A stretch of 64,000 nt of DNA, taken from the NCBI GenBank assembly GCA_963710605.1, contig CAVQBA010000007.1:352001-416000 (forward strand), read 5' to 3'. Below the pieces are notes generated by a model, which worked only from the letters and a program-made list of their open reading frames with translations, was not told the origin of the DNA and ran no database searches. Shown piece after piece: positions 60,249-64,000 of the stretch (positions are counted from its first letter, which is position 1; every line of letters begins with the position of its first letter). Made by a program: the position numbers and the translations under genes. This DNA is from an uncultured cyanobacterium (lineage in GTDB: Bacteria; Cyanobacteriota; Cyanobacteriia; Cyanobacteriales; Cyanobacteriaceae).

Positions 60249-63080
60249 TTATTGATTATCAATTATTTTCCCTTGTTGTTGTCGATAAAAAACCACCCCT
60301 AAACCTATCATCACAATAGCAAATAAAATCCAAAGATCTGGTTCTGGTACACCAGATACTTCCATCGGGCTAGAAGGCATATTTAAGTCTTCAAAACCTT
60401 TTTCTACTTCCCTGTCAAATCTGTCTTCTTTTGCTTCAGCGGCTTTTAATTGCTCACGTTGCTCGTCATTAACTAAAACAATCATAGACGAATAAGGAGT
60501 AACGATCGCATAATCAGTGGCTACTTGATGAATACTATCTAATTCAGGTACGGATAAAGGTTGATTTCCCTTTTGACTCATATAATAAACTAATTGACGA
60601 GCCGTAATTGGTTGTATATTATCACGATCGATCGTATTTTCGCCCTTACTATTACTATTTGTATTTTGAGCAATATCCCAACTATAACCATCTACAACCA
60701 AAACATCATTAGCTTTTTGAGTCGCCAAACGTTTTATTACCGTCGCCACATCATCAGCAATCCCACCATTGCTACCTTGAATCGCCTGTAAAACAGCATC
60801 ATTATAAGCCTGAGGAAACTCACCGCCCAAATGCACCATCCATAAAGGAGAATTGATTTCAGGAATTTTTTGCTTATCATCAGACAACTCATAACTACCC
60901 TCGTCGGTAACTACCAACACTGCCGAATAATTATCATTCCCTCTTAATTGTTCAAACTGATTTAACATATCCTCAGTCTGTAAACTGCCAAAAAATAATT
61001 GTTTATCAATATTGAAATTAGTTATTTCATCCAGACGTTGGGCTTTGCTTGTTTCTACATCAGTAATATATAAATCAACATCATTGTTGGTTAAACTTTC
61101 CTGCCACCAAACTAAACTATCCTTAACATCTTGACGATGAAGATTCATACTATAAGAAGTATCTAAAATTAAAGCATACTTTTCTCCATTCGGTAAAGCA
61201 TAATCTTTTTCAGATAATGGTTGCACAGCGACGTTATAACCATTACTTAACTCAACTTGATGGGGTTGTCTTTCTTGACTTGGTTTATCTTGCCAAAAAT
61301 CTTCCAACCAAACATTACGAAAAAACCCCTGTCTGATACCATTACGAATCCGTTTGGTATTTCTATCCCAATAAATATTCCGTTTTTGAGCTAACTTTGG
61401 TAAAGCCCAACCTTGCTCTTGTTTCATCACTTTGTAAGTTAACCACAAGTGCATTTTTTGTTGTTTTTCTAAATTACGAATATTATCACTAGACAAACGA
61501 GGAGGCACAGGAAAAGCTCTTAAACGATATTGTCCCACACCGACTTGTTCTAGTAAAGCAGGATCGATCGGGCGAGAGCGTCTAACTTGGTTATTATACA
61601 CTTCTTGAGCCGCACCACGAGGAGAAACTTGAAAGGGAAAACGTTGACTTAAATCCTCGGTATCACCTAACCATACACCAGTAATAGCAGAACTTTCAGG
61701 TAAAGAAAAATAGTAAAATATTTCTTCTACATCAGGAGTTTGATTGTTATATATTTCGTGAATTTCTACTTCTGCCCAATCGCCATTAGGCTTAAGAGTC
61801 ACCTCTTGTCTTTCTAACCAAACTTTTTTCTCGTCAATATTTAGTAAACCTGCTTTAGCTTCATCAACAATAGAAGTAGATTTAATGGCATGACGCACCG
61901 AATTTCTTTCTGCTTTTTGTAAAGGAGTATCAAATAACTCAGCATAAATAGGGCTTGATTTGGCAACGTCTTGTTTTGAGCCTTGATAGATAAATGGTGA
62001 GAAAAGTAAATTATAACTGTTTTGAAGAAACATAGCGATCGATTTATTGCCAACTAAATCTCCATACATCCACGCCACATGATTATTATTTTCAGTTGTG
62101 CCTAAATACCGATAAGCAGATAAATTAGCATTGACTAAACCCCTACGGACAGTATTAGATGAAGCTAATAACTCTTGTCTATTTAATTGTTGTTCATTTT
62201 TTTCTAATAATTCAAATGCCTTAACTTGAGGTTGTTGATTAAAACTTGCTAATAAAATTATCCAGACACCAATAACACTAACGCCACTAGTTATTACTTT
62301 TTGTCGGTTATATTGCCCTGCAAATTCAGTTAAGGTTTTCAAACCTAATTTTACATATAGGGTAGTTAAAGCAAAAGGCATAGCAATAAACAAACTAGCA
62401 CTTAAAACAAACAAAATAAAGAAGAAACTTAAAAACGTCAGTGCATATAGCCAGTCACTACCATTAAAAACAACTAAAGAAAAATGTTCTATCCATCTCA
62501 AAGAAAAGAAAGCAACAATAAAATTACCTAGCCAACCGAGAAAAGTAATACCAAAGGGAATGGTATAAAACAATAACATTAATCCTAAATATATTCCCAT
62601 TAATAAAATCAAACTATGAGCAATTATTTTGACAAAAGCGGGAATTTTCCAGTGTGGTAGATGTGGTTTAAATAAATCTAAGGCAAAGATGAAAACACAA
62701 ACTAAAAATGTACCTAAAAAGAAACCACTAGCAAGGGTTAATTCCCTAACTAAAAATAAACGTAATAAACACCAAGTAAATAAAGGTGCTTCTACGCCAT
62801 AAAATAAGCGAATAAGTTGTTTAGGTTTTTTGAAAAAATATTTTCTGCCTAGAAAACAACAAGCCAAGGGTATGGTTATTAAAACGAAAAAGGTAATACA
62901 AAAGTCGAGGGCAATATCGCCATCGAAAGTTGCAGTAATTAAAGGTATTCCTACAAAAGGTAATATCCCTAAATAAACGGTAACAAAAAAAACCAAATTC
63001 CAAAACCAAAAGATAAGATTATAGGTATAATTTACCAGTTTTTTTGAGCTATTAAATATTGCATAGAGTAGATTCATCAT
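60249..63080 (-). CDS. TIGR02921-type PEP-CTERM integral membrane protein (VIT and vWA-like regions)
   Basis: Multi-TM N-terminus LIFWFWN, LFYGVEAP; DPALLEQVG; DTSYSM; C-terminal VPEP + TM helix + RQQQ. Confidence 0.88.
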   Translation of the reverse strand: MMNLLYAIFNSSKKLVNYTYNLIFWFWNLVFFVTVYLGILPFVGIPLITATFDGDIALDFCITFFVLITIPLACCFLGRKYFFKKPKQLIRLFYGVEAPLFTWCLLRLFLVRELTLASGFFLGTFLVCVFIFALDLFKPHLPHWKIPAFVKIIAHSLILLMGIYLGLMLLFYTIPFGITFLGWLGNFIVAFFSLRWIEHFSLVVFNGSDWLYALTFLSFFFILFVLSASLFIAMPFALTTLYVKLGLKTLTEFAGQYNRQKVITSGVSVIGVWIILLASFNQQPQVKAFELLEKNEQQLNRQELLASSNTVRRGLVNANLSAYRYLGTTENNNHVAWMYGDLVGNKSIAMFLQNSYNLLFSPFIYQGSKQDVAKSSPIYAELFDTPLQKAERNSVRHAIKSTSIVDEAKAGLLNIDEKKVWLERQEVTLKPNGDWAEVEIHEIYNNQTPDVEEIFYYFSLPESSAITGVWLGDTEDLSQRFPFQVSPRGAAQEVYNNQVRRSRPIDPALLEQVGVGQYRLRAFPVPPRLSSDNIRNLEKQQKMHLWLTYKVMKQEQGWALPKLAQKRNIYWDRNTKRIRNGIRQGFFRNVWLEDFWQDKPSQERQPHQVELSNGYNVAVQPLSEKDYALPNGEKYALILDTSYSMNLHRQDVKDSLVWWQESLTNNDVDLYITDVETSKAQRLDEITNFNIDKQLFFGSLQTEDMLNQFEQLRGNDNYSAVLVVTDEGSYELSDDKQKIPEINSPLWMVHLGGEFPQAYNDAVLQAIQGSNGGIADDVATVIKRLATQKANDVLVVDGYSWDIAQNTNSNSKGENTIDRDNIQPITARQLVYYMSQKGNQPLSVPELDSIHQVATDYAIVTPYSSMIVLVNDEQREQLKAAEAKEDRFDREVEKGFEDLNMPSSPMEVSGVPEPDLWILFAIVMIGLGVVFYRQQQGKIIDNQ

Positions 63081-63124
63081 GATTAATTACTAACAATTAA
63101 AAATAAATAATTGCTTAAATGTAT

Positions 63125-64000
63125 TTACTGTTTGACTAAGTTTTGCCCAATGGTGGTATAGATAGTATTAGTAAAATTTTCGACTTGAATATTATCCGAG
63201 TTAAGAGATTTGTCGAATAAAACAGATACTAATACCCACGTTTTGTTTTGATGAGTTATATCTTCCCAAAGACGAGAGATAAAGTTATCGGTTGTTTCTT
63301 CTGCTGACTGAAACCAATAAGTAGCGGATAAATCACCATCCTGAAGCGATAACCAACGTGCATGAATTGTATTGTTGAGTAAAGTAGAATTCATCTTATC
63401 GACTTTAAAACCGTTACCGACAAAACATAATTCGGGTGGATGATGGGCGTGCCATGTATCACTAGCTACTATCAACATTGAGCCTGATAAGTCATTATCA
63501 GTTTGAAATCGCATTTTTTGTACCAGAGGATTAGCGGGGTTATCAAAAAAGTTAATTTCCGATCGACTTAAAGCAAGGTTTTCGGTAGTTATTTGAGAAG
63601 GAAAATCGATCGATTTAACCGCCATTAAACTTGATGTTGCTGGTTTAAATTGCCCGGCGATTGCCAAACTAAAAACTACTATCAATAACCAATTAAAATT
63701 ATGTTTTTTTGGGCTTGATATTGGTGTAATATCGATCGTTTGTAGTGATGCTTCTTTACTAAAACTTTTTTTAATCGTTAAAAATTTAGTATTGTCTGTT
63801 TACTGGTAAATTAGATTTACTATTGACTGTTTGTAATAAAACCCAAGTCAAAATACTAGCAAAAATAAAACCAATCACACCTAAAGGTAGATGTAATATT
63901 TCAGCAATTTGCTTTTGCCCTGCAACTTCGATAAGTAAAACTAAAACCAAGACACGAGTAAAGTTAGCAATTACCAAAAAGAAGAGATTAGCAATAGCTA
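63125..64000 (-). CDS. xrtO: Exosortase O, 5'-partial, split by a +1 frameshift near 63800
   Basis: AN..RV..L...AEILHLPLG..GF TM part; HHPPELCF.G.G and ATYWFQS C-terminal part; adjacent to the TIGR02921-type gene. Confidence 0.82.

Noticed and set aside
1-64000. Abundant CGATCG/GCGATCGC sites as a novel repeat
   Set aside because: Known cyanobacterial HIP1 motif

Overview
AT-rich cyanobacterial chromosomal window (frequent HIP1-type CGATCG/GCGATCGC sites, ccmK3/K4, psaE, psb30, heptamer STRR repeats; Cyanobacterium/Geminocystis-like by inference). Most genes are housekeeping: ArsJ-associated GAPDH and arsJ, a peptide ABC substrate-binding protein, pdhC, corA, lepB, mtnA, tolC, lysA, mutM, hisG, truB, malQ, tRNA-Leu(CAA), and exosortase O with a PEP-CTERM protein. 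The most unusual region is an accessory block at about 20.3-27.8 kb on the minus strand. It encodes a NACHT-HEAT-repeat STAND protein followed by a compact operon: a clavaminate-synthase/VioC-like Fe(II)/2OG oxygenase, a divergent argininosuccinate-synthase homologue with a rewritten aspartate-binding loop, and a YbaK/ProX tRNA trans-editing protein. I infer a candidate pathway for a non-proteinogenic amino-acid antimetabolite with built-in self-protection. The window also has nested small dispersed repeats and MITEs, a DUF559 nuclease gene bracketed by palindromic repeats, two small genes missing from the ORF track, and at least five +1 frameshifts that are probably sequencing or assembly errors.
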